DNA of 32,000 bases from Candidatus Methylomirabilis limnetica (GTDB taxonomy: Bacteria > Methylomirabilota > Methylomirabilia > Methylomirabilales > Methylomirabilaceae): positions 60,001 through 92,000 of the forward strand of contig NZ_NVQC01000013.1 in assembly GCF_003044035.1 (NCBI RefSeq), in the 5' to 3' direction. Position numbers and translations under genes: made by a program. The stretch's first letter is position 1. The number at the start of each line of letters is the position of its first letter. This document shows, piece by piece, positions 17,901 to 26,704 of this stretch. The notes beneath the pieces were generated by a model. It was not told the origin of the DNA. It was given only the letters and a program-made list of their open reading frames with translations, and searched no databases.

Positions 17901-18290
17901 TTATCTATTGGGGAGAATAGATGCCTGTTTGAAATGTAACAAGCGGTCATCCGCTGTAACCAGCGTCAGATCATAGACCCGAGCTGAGGCAATAAGAAAA
18001 CGATCAGCCGGATCCTGGTAGGGAAGATCGACTGATCGGCTTTGAATGGCGACTTCATGATTCAGTACGGCCTCCTGAAAGGCAATGGTCCTATAGACCT
18101 TGCGGATCCAGGTGGCTGGATCCGGTTCCAGGATGACGCGCCCCTTTTCGGCAAGGAGGATCATTTCCCAGGTGCTGATGGGTGAGACCCATAGCTCATT
18201 GGCCGGATCCTGAAGGGCTGTGGCGACACGTTTACTCAGACGAGCGGGCTCTAAAAGAGCCCAGAGAAGGATATGGGTAGTGCGGGCGAA
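17901..18290 (-). pseudogene. PIN-domain (VapC-like) toxin lacking a start codon and the first catalytic Asp
   Basis: The frame reads ...RYHFARTTHILLWALLEPARLSKRVATALQDPANELWVSPISTWEMILLAEKGRV...QDPADRFLIASARVYDLTLVTADDRL. No ATG, GTG or TTG lies upstream of ATG 18164. The usual LLDTH reads ARTTH. Confidence 0.6.
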
Positions 18291-18490
18291 GTGATATCTC
18301 CCACAATCTTCCCCGTGGATTGAAATGCGCCCAACCAGGATGCCTGTTTTTCCGGAGGAGGAGGTGGGATTACCTGAGCCATGGGTTCACCCCGGCGTGT
18401 TACCAGGATGGGCCGTCCTGTTTTCTTTACTTTATCCAAGAGCGTGAGGCAGCTCGCTTTGAACTTAGAGATTTTCACCTTTTCAATCAT
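18251..18490 (-). CDS. Phd/YefM-family antitoxin
   Basis: MIEKVKISKFKASCLTLLDKVKKTGRPILVTRRGEPMAQVIPPP.... It lies immediately upstream of, and overlaps, the PIN frame. Confidence 0.75.
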   Translation of the reverse strand: MIEKVKISKFKASCLTLLDKVKKTGRPILVTRRGEPMAQVIPPPPPEKQASWLGAFQSTGKIVGDITSPALPISFSGLF

Positions 18491-18572
18491 TGAAATGTAA
18501 GTCCTCCTTTCTGATCCGATAGCTACGTAAATTGTACCATAGTTATGGACTGCACCCTTAAGTTTGGACGGT

Positions 18573-18895
18573 TTAGGTGAGAGTCCCTCGACAGGGGTCT
18601 TGGTTAATCTGGGCGGCCGTCCAGAACGCTTCAAATTCCTCCGGCGGTCGGTAGCCCAAGGCTGAATGCAGTCGCTTATGATTATACACCTGTTCGATAA
18701 AATACGGGAGTCTGGTCTGGACATCGTCCAGCGTCCGGTACCCCGAGAGATACACTTCTTCGATTTTTAAGGTTTTCATAAAACTTTCGGCCATGGCATT
18801 GTCATAGAACCGCTCCTTCGACGATGACCGCGACTGTCTTCCAGTTGAGCCGGAAGTGGGCGGCCATCGGTTGTCTTGACATCGGGGTCTCCTTC
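18573..18895 (-). pseudogene. IS3-family orfB, 3' fragment
   Basis: ...SSKERFYDNAMAESFMKTLKIEEVYLSGYRTLDDVQTRLPYFIEQVYNHKRLHSALGYRPPEEFE. There are frameshifts upstream and no ends or orfA. Confidence 0.75.
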
Positions 18896-18899
18896 AGGC

Positions 18900-19199
<300 letters not shown>

Positions 19200-19202
<3 letters not shown>

Positions 19203-19248
19203 GAGGGGGCTGCCCCTCCGATTACGACGAAGACCATCTGAATTGCCG
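19200..19248 (+). repeat. 49-bp conserved junction element, copy 2
   Basis: TGAGAGGGGGCTGCCCCTCCGATTACGACGAAGACCATCTGAATTGCCG, with the hairpin GAGGGG-N4-CCCCTC. Confidence 0.85.
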
Positions 19249-19271
19249 CAGCTCATGTCGCGTGCTATACT
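19243..19271 (+). promoter_or_regulatory. Candidate sigma70-type promoter for the AbrB/RelE cassette
   Basis: TTGCCG, a 17-nt spacer, then TATACT. The -35 hexamer is the last 6 nt of the 49-bp junction element. Pattern match only. Confidence 0.3.
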
Positions 19272-19341
19272 TTCTTAGAATAAGGAAGTAAGTACGATTG
19301 TCGTGACCTCATTTCTCCTGCCCATTCACCGGAGGCAAGCG

Positions 19342-19764
19342 ATGGCGTTAACCCGGATCGGCCCGAAGCACCAGATCACCATTCCGAAGGAAGTGTTCGA
19401 GAGGTTACAGCTTCAGGTGAGGGACTACCTGGAAGCCGAAGTCGAGGGGCGAAAGATTGTGCTGACGCCCAAACAGCTTGCGGAGAAGGCCCCAGCCCTG
19501 AAGCTCTCACTTAGAGAGCAGCGCCTCCTTGCCGGCGCCCAGGCGAAGATCGAGCGGATCCAGAAGAATCTCATGCAGGCCAAGGGGCTGACGCTTGCAG
19601 AGGCCAGGGTCGCCGCGAGGGTGGGGCTCATCGACCCTGAACAGCTCTACTGGTGGACGGAGGAGTGGCAGAAAGTTGAGCGGGAGGCAGAGGCCGAGAT
19701 CAGAGCAGGTGGGGCGAAGAGCTTTGAGCGAATTGAAGATCTCCTGCGGGATCTCCGCTCGTGA
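19342..19764 (+). CDS. AbrB/SpoVT-domain antitoxin with extended C-terminal region
   Basis: A GGAGG site lies 7 nt upstream of the ATG. MALTRIGPKHQITIPKEVFERLQLQVRDYLEAEVEGRKIVLTPK... Its stop overlaps the toxin start (GTGA). Confidence 0.75.
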   Translation: MALTRIGPKHQITIPKEVFERLQLQVRDYLEAEVEGRKIVLTPKQLAEKAPALKLSLREQRLLAGAQAKIERIQKNLMQAKGLTLAEARVAARVGLIDPEQLYWWTEEWQKVEREAEAEIRAGGAKSFERIEDLLRDLRS

Positions 19765-20018
19765 TCCTCGCCCGAACCGAGCGCTTCAAAAAGGAGTTCA
19801 CCAGACTGCCACTCTCTCTGAAGGGGAGAGCGGAAAAGCAGCTCGCCCTGCTCCTCCAAAACCCGGCTCATCCCTCGCTCCACGTGGAAAAGATGCGAGG
19901 GTACCCGGATATCTGGGAAGGAAGGATCGCCGAGGGATACCGCTTCACGTTTCAGATTACGGGGACGGCGTACCTTCTCCGTCGAATCGGAACCCACGAC
20001 ATTCTCAAACGTCCGTGA
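19761..20018 (+). CDS. RelE/ParE-superfamily toxin
   Basis: 85 aa: ILARTERFKKEFTRLPLSLKGRAEKQLALLLQNPAHPSLHVEKMRGYPDIWEGRIAEGYRFTFQITGTAYLLRRIGTHDIL. Confidence 0.75.
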   Translation: MILARTERFKKEFTRLPLSLKGRAEKQLALLLQNPAHPSLHVEKMRGYPDIWEGRIAEGYRFTFQITGTAYLLRRIGTHDILKRP

Positions 20019-20040
20019 CCCGATTTAGGCTCACGGTTCC

Positions 20041-20371
20041 CGATACGATGATGCCAGGAACGTCGGCTATACGCTGTAGCAACCGGATGGTCCCGCCTAC
20101 GGGAGACGGGGGCCAGTCCTGACCGAGTAGGACTCAGGAATCTACTGCGGGCGGCTCCATCGGACGCGTAACGAGGAGCACCCACATGACGATCGCGCTC
20201 ATCACGGGGATCACCGGGCAAGATGGCTCGTACCTGACCGAGCTGCTGCTCGCAAAGGGCTACACAGTCCACGGGCTGATCCGGCGGGCCAGCACCTTCC
20301 ATACGCAGCGGATCGAGCATCTCTACCAGGATCCGCATGACCCTGAGACCCGGCTCATCCTGCACTATGGT
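20041..20371 (+). repeat. gmd 5' repeat unit 3 (about 39 nt of transaldolase-like tail, 106-nt spacer, gmd codons 1-62), continuous with the full-length gene
   Basis: RYDDARNVGYTL* parallels FHDDAMKAGYTL* of unit 1. Confidence 0.8.
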
Positions 20372-21295
20372 GATCTCTCCGATTCGAGCCAACTCACAAA
20401 CCTCTTCTATGAGGTCCGGCCGGATGAGGTCTATCACCTGGGGGCGCAGAGCCATGTACGCGTGAGCTTCGACATGCCGGACTACACGGGCGACATCACC
20501 GGGTTGGGCACAGTCCGCTTACTGGAGGCGATCCGGAAGAGTGGGGTGGGGTGCCGGATCTACCAAGCCTCCAGCAGCGAGATGTTCGGCGATGCTCCGG
20601 CGCCCCAGAACGAGCAGAGCCGCTTTCAGCCGCGCAGCCCGTATGCGATCGCCAAGCTGTACGCTTACTGGATGGTGCGCAATTACCGCGAAGGGTACGG
20701 CCTCTTCGCCTGTAACGGCATCATGTTCAACCATGAGTCGCCCCGGCGGGGGGAGACCTTTGTCACGCGGAAGATTACGCGGGCTGTGGCCGCCATCGTC
20801 GCTGGACGGCAGAAGACGCTGTTTCTGGGTAACCTCGATGCTCGACGCGATTGGGGGTTTGCGCCGGAGTATGTGGAGGGGATGTGGCTGATGCTCCAGC
20901 AGGAAGCACCGTGTGACCTGGTCTTCGGGACCGGTGAGACCCATTCGGTGCTGGAGTTTGTGGAGGAGGCCTTTGGCTACGTCAACCTCGACTGGCGGGA
21001 CTACGTCACCGAGGACCCGCGCTACCGCCGCCCGACAGAGGTTCCGCTCCTGCAGGCCGATCCCTCCGAGGCCAAGCGACGCCTCGGGTGGGAACCTACC
21101 GTCGCATTCCGGGACTTGGTCAGGATCATGATGGACGCCGACCTCGAGGCCGCAGGCCTACTCGCGCCAGGGCAGGGGACGCGGTGCCTGACCGATGGAT
21201 GTAACCCGCGCGATAGTACATTGAAACTACCGGTGAGGTTGCCGTTTGATCAATCGGTGCCGCTTCTCCTCGAGGAGAACCAGTACGCCGGTTAA
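20186..21295 (+). CDS. gmd: GDP-mannose 4,6-dehydratase, full catalytic length but with a non-native C-terminal tail
   Basis: [22 protein letters not shown]...[13 protein letters not shown]...[45 protein letters not shown].... After ...RCLTDG (21198) it reads 32 codons antisense to the 3' end of the convergent toxin gene. Confidence 0.9.
   Translation: MTIALITGITGQDGSYLTELLLAKGYTVHGLIRRASTFHTQRIEHLYQDPHDPETRLILHYGDLSDSSQLTNLFYEVRPDEVYHLGAQSHVRVSFDMPDYTGDITGLGTVRLLEAIRKSGVGCRIYQASSSEMFGDAPAPQNEQSRFQPRSPYAIAKLYAYWMVRNYREGYGLFACNGIMFNHESPRRGETFVTRKITRAVAAIVAGRQKTLFLGNLDARRDWGFAPEYVEGMWLMLQQEAPCDLVFGTGETHSVLEFVEEAFGYVNLDWRDYVTEDPRYRRPTEVPLLQADPSEAKRRLGWEPTVAFRDLVRIMMDADLEAAGLLAPGQGTRCLTDGCNPRDSTLKLPVRLPFDQSVPLLLEENQYAG
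20810..21198 (+). repeat. 389-bp gmd 3' direct repeat, copy 1
   Basis: Aligns without gaps to 22209-22597, about 90% identical by eye. Confidence 0.85.
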
Positions 21296-21586
21296 TTCAT
21301 CAAGATGGGTAGTGGTGAGCAGATGTTTAAGGCGGGGTTCATATCGCACGGGGGTGTTGGGCCGGATCGTGGAGATGATGATCCCACCGCATCGAGCGGG
21401 GTCAAACATACGAAAGCCTTTGTCGGTTGTGACGATGACACGCTTTTGCTGACAGGCGATACGATAGATTTCGAAATCTTGAGTTCCGAAGCGTTCAAGC
21501 TCCTTAATATCCAGAACGTCGTGGCCTAGGCCCCTGAGCAATGCAACAGTTGTGGGCGAGACGCACTCATCGATCAAGAAGCGCAA
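21227..21586 (-). CDS. DUF5615-type PIN-like putative toxin
   Basis: [58 protein letters not shown]... Confidence 0.7.
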   Translation of the reverse strand: MRFLIDECVSPTTVALLRGLGHDVLDIKELERFGTQDFEIYRIACQQKRVIVTTDKGFRMFDPARCGGIIISTIRPNTPVRYEPRLKHLLTTTHLDELTGVLVLLEEKRHRLIKRQPHR

Positions 21587-21595
21587 GCAGAGGCC

Positions 21596-21841
21596 TTATC
21601 GTTGAAGGGCGTTCGAGCCATAACGGAGAGCTTCGTTGATATCTTCCGGTGTCAGATGAGGAAACTGATCGAGAATGTCTTTGATCGAGTAACCATCGGC
21701 CAGGTAATCAAAGATCAGGGAGACGGGGATACGTGTGCCCTTGATGATCGGCTGGCCGTGCATGATACTCTTAGCACGAACGATCCTCGCAAAGGTCCCT
21801 GTCTCACCATATTTTTTGGGAGATGTTGCGGTTTTGGGCAT
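21596..21841 (-). CDS. DUF433-type putative antitoxin
   Basis: MPKTATS...MHGQPIIKGTRIPVSLIFDYLADGYSIKDILDQFPHLTPEDINEALRYG. Confidence 0.75.
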   Translation of the reverse strand: MPKTATSPKKYGETGTFARIVRAKSIMHGQPIIKGTRIPVSLIFDYLADGYSIKDILDQFPHLTPEDINEALRYGSNALQR

Positions 21842-21888
21842 GGATAGAGTCTCCTTGATTGTTAGTGTAAGATGAAGGTGTATGAAAG

Positions 21889-22110
21889 TCAACTGTACCG
21901 CTGCATCGGTGGGTGCAGCAGAACCTCTTCTGGCACCTGGGCTCGCAGACCAGGGTACACCTCCATGAGCACCGCAATATCGGCCAGACCCTTCTGTGCT
22001 GATCCACGATCACCGCCTTCCAAAACGTGAACGCCCTCATCGGACCACTCACATTGACCCGTCACTTCCTGCCTTTCTGGAGTCCTCTGATTACGCCAGA
22101 TCCCTTTCAT
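21889..22110 (-). CDS. Hypothetical small protein (73 aa) upstream of the DUF433 gene
   Basis: ORF only: MKGIWRNQRTPERQEVTGQCEWSDEGVHVLEGGDRGSAQKGLADIAVLMEVYPGL.... No family was recognised. Confidence 0.3.
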   Translation of the reverse strand: MKGIWRNQRTPERQEVTGQCEWSDEGVHVLEGGDRGSAQKGLADIAVLMEVYPGLRAQVPEEVLLHPPMQRYS

Positions 22111-22208
22111 GTATTCGGTTCGGCATGAGGTAACTGCAACAGGGCTATAGGGAAAGAACAAGGACGCTGGAGAAGGGGAACCTTTGTCTGAGAGAGGCGA
22201 CGAGGCGC

Positions 22209-22597
22209 CAAACAAAGCTGTTCCTGGGCAACCTTGAGGCCCGACGCGATTGGGGGTTTGCGCCGGAGTACGTCGAGGGGATGTGGCTGATGCTCCAACA
22301 AGAGGTACCGTGTGACCTGGTCTTCGGGACCGGAGAGACGCATTCGGTTCAGGAATTCGTGGAGGAGGCCTTTGGCTACGTGAACCTGGACTGGCGGGAC
22401 TACGTGGCGGAGGATCCGCGCTACCGCCACCCGACCGAGGTCCCGCTTCTGCAGGCCGATCCCTCCGAGGCCAAGCGACGGCTCGGGTGGGAGCCCACAG
22501 TCACGTTCCGGGACTTGGTCAGGATCATGATGGACGCCGACCTCGAGGCCGCGGACCTACCCGCGCCAGGGCAGGGCAAGCGGTGCCTGACCGATGG
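22209..22597 (+). repeat. 389-bp gmd 3' direct repeat, copy 2
   Basis: See 20810-21198. Confidence 0.85.
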
Positions 22598-22625
22598 TCG
22601 ACTGGCGTGGCTCAGGAGACCGTGA
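22209..22625 (+). pseudogene. gmd: GDP-mannose 4,6-dehydratase, 3' fragment retaining the native C-terminus
   Basis: [66 protein letters not shown]...[34 protein letters not shown]. Confidence 0.9.
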
Positions 22626-22784
22626 TGGACAGCCTTCCTCATGCCCAGACCCCTTCCGCATCACTGTCTGCTAGAACCGTCCCTGCTTAGGAAGTGATCG
22701 CCATTCGTCCTCGGTGTGCACCACCAAATCTCGCCACGCTAACACCGGTCACCATTAACCAAGCGATCTCGCTGATGTAGTGTC

Positions 22785-23198
22785 CTAGATACCTTGTGTC
22801 AGGAGATCAAGGTATTGAGCTGGACTGACGATCTTGATGCCATGGTAGGATCCTAGAGGTAGCAGATGCTCCTTATCACCAGTAACCAGGAACTCGGCTT
22901 GAGCCGCAGCAGCACACTCCAAGATGCGGTTATCATCATCGTTGGCTGTCACAATGGTAATCCGCTCTATCGGTGTAATCACATGGGCAATGGCACGGAT
23001 CGCATTGACCCGAACATCCACCTCCTTGTTCGTGAAACGGAATTTCTCTCGCAGAACGCGGTCGAGCTCGGACAGGATGAAGGGGGAGATGAACAGCTCG
23101 CTTGCTCGTCGGCGGATGCGAGAAAGGATTTGATCCGGCTTGCTTCCCGGGAAGGCCAGGGCGGAGATCAGGACATTGGTGTCAAGGACAATCCGCAT
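22785..23198 (-). CDS. PIN-domain toxin (TIGR00305-like PIN family)
   Basis: MRIVLDTNVLISALAFPGSKPDQIL...FISPFILSELDRVL...DDDNRILECAAAAQAEFLVTGDKEHLLPL. Confidence 0.8.
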   Translation of the reverse strand: MRIVLDTNVLISALAFPGSKPDQILSRIRRRASELFISPFILSELDRVLREKFRFTNKEVDVRVNAIRAIAHVITPIERITIVTANDDDNRILECAAAAQAEFLVTGDKEHLLPLGSYHGIKIVSPAQYLDLLTQGI

Positions 23199-23210
23199 GG
23201 AAGGGAGGGA

Positions 23211-23447
23211 TTATTTGCGGATTGCGTGCACGAGTCGATCCACGTCCTCTTCCGTTCTGATCCCGAGCGCCTGTACTTGGAGGGCTGTCTTTCTCTGAAG
23301 TGTCCGCCACTGTTGGTCTTCAAGGTACAGGCGTAGGGCCTCCCGGACCAGTTCGCTCTTGGTTCGGTGTTCCTCCTTAGCCGTACGCTCGGCCTCTCGG
23401 ACAAGCTTGGGGGGAAGCGAAATAGTCCATGTCTTGGTGGTACGCAT
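23211..23447 (-). CDS. Ribbon-helix-helix (CopG-like) antitoxin
   Basis: 78 aa: ISLPPKLVREAERTAKEEHRTKSELVREALRLYLED.... It lies 12 nt upstream of the PIN gene. Confidence 0.75.
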   Translation of the reverse strand: MRTTKTWTISLPPKLVREAERTAKEEHRTKSELVREALRLYLEDQQWRTLQRKTALQVQALGIRTEEDVDRLVHAIRK

Positions 23448-23951
23448 CGCGTCACCTCCTGTTCAGTTGAAGCCTACTCAGTAGGATGAAATATTATTAC
23501 AGGGATGTCAAGGGAAACTCTAGCACCCGCTCCTCACGCCGAAGGGGTATTTAAAATTCATCAAGGGGACACCGATGAACCCTTCCATCTCGGCGAGTTG
23601 GACGATGTGGATATCCCGGAACCTGCTGGGCGGTGCCAACACCCTACAGGGAAGCGGCCGGGACAGCCGTCGTATTCGAGACGGTGGTCGCGCTCACCGA
23701 GGCCCCGAAAAGGTCTCGGGCGACCGCCATTCGTGCCCCGTGTTCCAGCACGTCCGTCGGCACAGGGAGTTCGGTGAGGGGGGCGAGGGGGCAGCAGGCC
23801 AGTATGGGCTATACTGCGCCCCGCCGTTGGAGAGGTCGACAGACCTGTGGAACGCTGATCGTGCAGAATCGAGTTTAGAATGGGGTCAGGAATGGGGTCA
23901 GGCATGCCTTATTGCCTCTTGGTGATTCCCGTCGTACGTCGTATGATCGGC

Positions 23952-25076
23952 CATGGCACGAAAACCGCGAGCGTATTGTCCCGGCGCTCTTTCTCCTGTG
24001 ATCTGCCGGGGCAATCACGGCCCACGGATCTTGTCGGATGACGCCGACCGGCGGCGATATCGTGCAGTTGCTTCAAGGCACCCGATGGCGGTGTGACTGT
24101 CGCCTGTAGGCCTATGGTCTGATGAGTACTCACGTCCACCACCTGATCGACGTCGGTCCACCCCCGTTGTCCGCCTTCCTGCACACTCTTCTCTTCCGTG
24201 ACACGCGGGACTGGACCCAGCGATACCGGGATGTGGGATATCTGTTTCACGGCCGGCATCAAGCGATCCTCTGCGAGAAGGACAGCTATTACTCAGAGCC
24301 TAAAATAGCCGGCCTCCCCCTTTAGCAAAGGGGGGTAAGGGGGGTTTTGAACGATCGGTAAAACCCCCTCAGTCCCCCTTTTGTAAAGGGGGAAGTTGCT
24401 GGAGATGTTGTGCCAGAGTGCAATCTAGTTAGTGCTCCCCGTAATATGTGCTGGAGGTGATCCGATACAGTCATCTCAATCCGGTGCGGAAGCCGACTCG
24501 TCCGAGATCCGAGCCGATACGCCTGGAGCAGCCACGGGGCGTCTGTCAGGGGGAAGGGCTCCGGGTGGATGGCGGTCGAGGACGTGCTGCCTCGGTGGGG
24601 GAGGAGGTGGGGGCCTCTCAGCGATGTGTGCGCGAAGGGGTGAAAGAAGGACATCGGGCGGATGTGTACGAGGTGGTGGATCAGCGGTATCTGGGAGATG
24701 ATGCGTTCGTGCAGGAAGTGACGGGGCGGTTAAAGAACGAGGATCCGCCGCAAGCGGTGGCCGTGACATGGGAAGAGATATGCAAGGGGGTGTTCAAACA
24801 GTGTGGTGTGTCGGCTGGGGCCGTGATGGATCGGGGCAAGGAGCGGGGCGCGGTGCGGATCAAACGGGTGATGGCCTGGGTAGGAAGAGAGGTCGGCGGC
24901 TTGAGAACCGGGAGATGGCTCAAGCCCTGAGGCAAGACCCCGGGTCGTTGAGCCGGGGTGTCAGAAATCTGGTGGACCAGAGGGAGAAGGACCAGGACCT
25001 CGTGACGTCGGTGCAGGTCCTGTGTGAGACGATGCGAAGAGGGCGGCCTTTTAAAAAGACAATAAGGCAGGCCTGA
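23952..25076 (+). pseudogene. HUH-type (RayT/IS200-like, COG1943-type) transposase fused to a DnaA-C-like HTH domain; disrupted by an in-frame TAG, several frameshifts and a MITE
   Basis: MARKPRAYCPGAL...ICRGNHGPRILSDDADRRRY; TAG at 24107-24109; GLMSTHVHHLIDVG (HUH motif); YLFHGRHQAILCEKDSY; MITE; VLEVIRYSHLNPVR; later ...WEEICKGVFKQCGVSAGAVMDRGKERGAVRIKRVMAWVGREVGGL / EMAQALRQDPGSLSRGVRNL in shifted frames. Confidence 0.7.
24290..24447 (+). mobile_element. 158-bp hairpin-rich MITE / REPIN-like element, copy 1 (inside the HUH transposase pseudogene)
   Basis: About 90% identical to 30251-30408 and the same length. Termini are TACTCAGAGC... and ...GCTCCCCGTAATAT. Excision restores the reading ...KDSY/VLEVIRYSHLNPVR. 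Confidence 0.8.
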
Positions 25077-25135
25077 CCCCTACTGACTGCTCAGCCCTGA
25101 TAAGGCAATGACCAAACTGATCAATGCGATAATCC

Positions 25136-26555
25136 GGCTCGTCCGCAGACTCTGTGGGTAGAACTGTAGGAGTTTGTGGTGTTGCTGGATAGAGAGATGA
25201 GAGAGGAGTCTCATGTGAGAGAGTGCATCCCGCACCCTGATTCTGAGAAGATGGAAGTTACGAGCAACCATCGATCAGAAAGTAAGGAGGCGGGATGCAG
25301 ATCAAGACTATCCTCAATCGTGTCCAGAAATTCAAGTCTTTTGTGTACGGCACCGTGCGTTGGGTTGAAGACGCGGCGGTGCCGGCACTGGAAGTAGACC
25401 TGCACCCGCGGATGAACAGTCGGCCGATCTGCGCTGGCTGTGATCGACCCAGGCCGGGGTACGACACCCTGGCGGTGCGCCGCTTTGAGTTTGTGCCGTT
25501 GTGGGGGATGAAGGTGTTCTTTGTGTATGCGCCGCGGCGCGTGGACTGTCCAGCGTGTGGGGTTCGGGTGGAGCGGATGCCCTGGGCAGAGGGTAAGCAG
25601 CATCTGACCCAAGCCTACGCCTGGTTTCTGGCCTCCTGGGCCAAACGTCTGTGCTGGAAGGAAGTGGCAGAAGCTTTTCGCATGAGTTGGGATTCGGTAT
25701 TCCGCGCTGTGGAGATGGCCGTCGACTGGGGCCGGGCGCATCAAGATCTTTCTGGTATCGGTGCCATCGGGGTGGATGAGATCGCCTGGCAGCGTGGCCA
25801 TCGGTATTTGACGCTGGTCTATCAGATCGATGCCCACCGCAAGCGGCTGCTGTGGGTGGGCGAGAAACGCACGGTCAAGACCCTGCTGCAGACCTTCCAC
25901 TGGTTGGGCCGGGAGCGCAGTCAGGCGTTGCAGTTTATCTGCAGCGATATGTGGAAGCCGTCCCTGAAGGTCATTGCCAAGAAGGCCGGGCAGGCCATCC
26001 ATGTGCTGGACCGCTTTCACATCATGGCGCACCTGAACCAAGGCCATTGATAAGGTCCGTGCCGAAGAGGCCAATGCGCTCAAGGCGAAGGGGTATGAAC
26101 CGGTACTGACCCAGACCCGCTGGCTGGTGCTCAAGCGGCCGGAGAATCTGAGCGACAAGCAGGAGACCCGACTGGCCACGCTGTTGCAGTACAATCTGAA
26201 GACCGTCCGCAGCTATCTGCTGAAGGAGAACTTCCAGTTCTTCTGGTCGTACACCTCGGCGCATTGGGCGGGACGGTTTCTGGATCAATGGTGCACACAA
26301 ACACTGCGCTCGAAGATCGAGCCGATGAAGAAAGTCGCCCGGATGTTGCGCGGTCATCGTGAGCTGTTGTTGAACTGGTTCCGTGCCAAGGGGCGGGTTT
26401 CCAGTGGTGTGGTGGAGGGTGTGACCACCCAAGCGAAATGGACGACCAGAAAAGCGTATGGTTTTCGGACCTATCATGCGGCTGAAATCGCTTTGTACCA
26501 TACGCTTGGCGCTTTACCCGTGCCAGAATCTACCCATAGATTCTACTGAGGAGCC
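25136..26555 (+). mobile_element. ISL3-family insertion sequence (about 1.42 kb)
   Basis: Terminal inverted repeats: GGCTCGTCCGCAGACTCTGTGGGTAGA versus the reverse complement of the right end, GGCTCCTCAGTAGAATCTATGGGTAGA. No clear 8-bp target duplication was seen. Confidence 0.75.
25295..26549 (+). pseudogene. ISL3-family transposase with a single +1 frameshift near 26040
   Basis: MQIKTILNRVQKFKSFVY...CPACGVRVERMPWA...VLDRFHIMAHLNQ. An extra G is then followed by AIDKVRAEEANALKAKGYEPVLTQTRWLVLKRPENL...GVVEG in the next frame. This could also be a sequencing error. Confidence 0.8.
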
Positions 26556-26704
26556 TCAAATTTACATGCAGTTGATGTCGGATTGTCGGAATGTTCATGG
26601 TGACGAACTCCTTTGCGTTAGCCTCTCGGATGATGCTACGTATACAGCCGCTTCAGCCGCTCTCGCGCAACACGAGGTCGACGGCCGTTAGCGGGCATAC
26701 TCAG

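Noticed and set aside
23448-23893. About 450 bp of GC-rich DNA with overlapping 80-116-aa ORFs on both strands, and a duplicated AATGGGGTCAGG at 23879-23902
   Set aside because: No frame gives a recognisable protein. It is possibly a decayed gene remnant, left unannotated.
25211-26194. 327-aa minus-strand ORF
   Set aside because: Antisense shadow of the ISL3 transposase gene, with no motifs.
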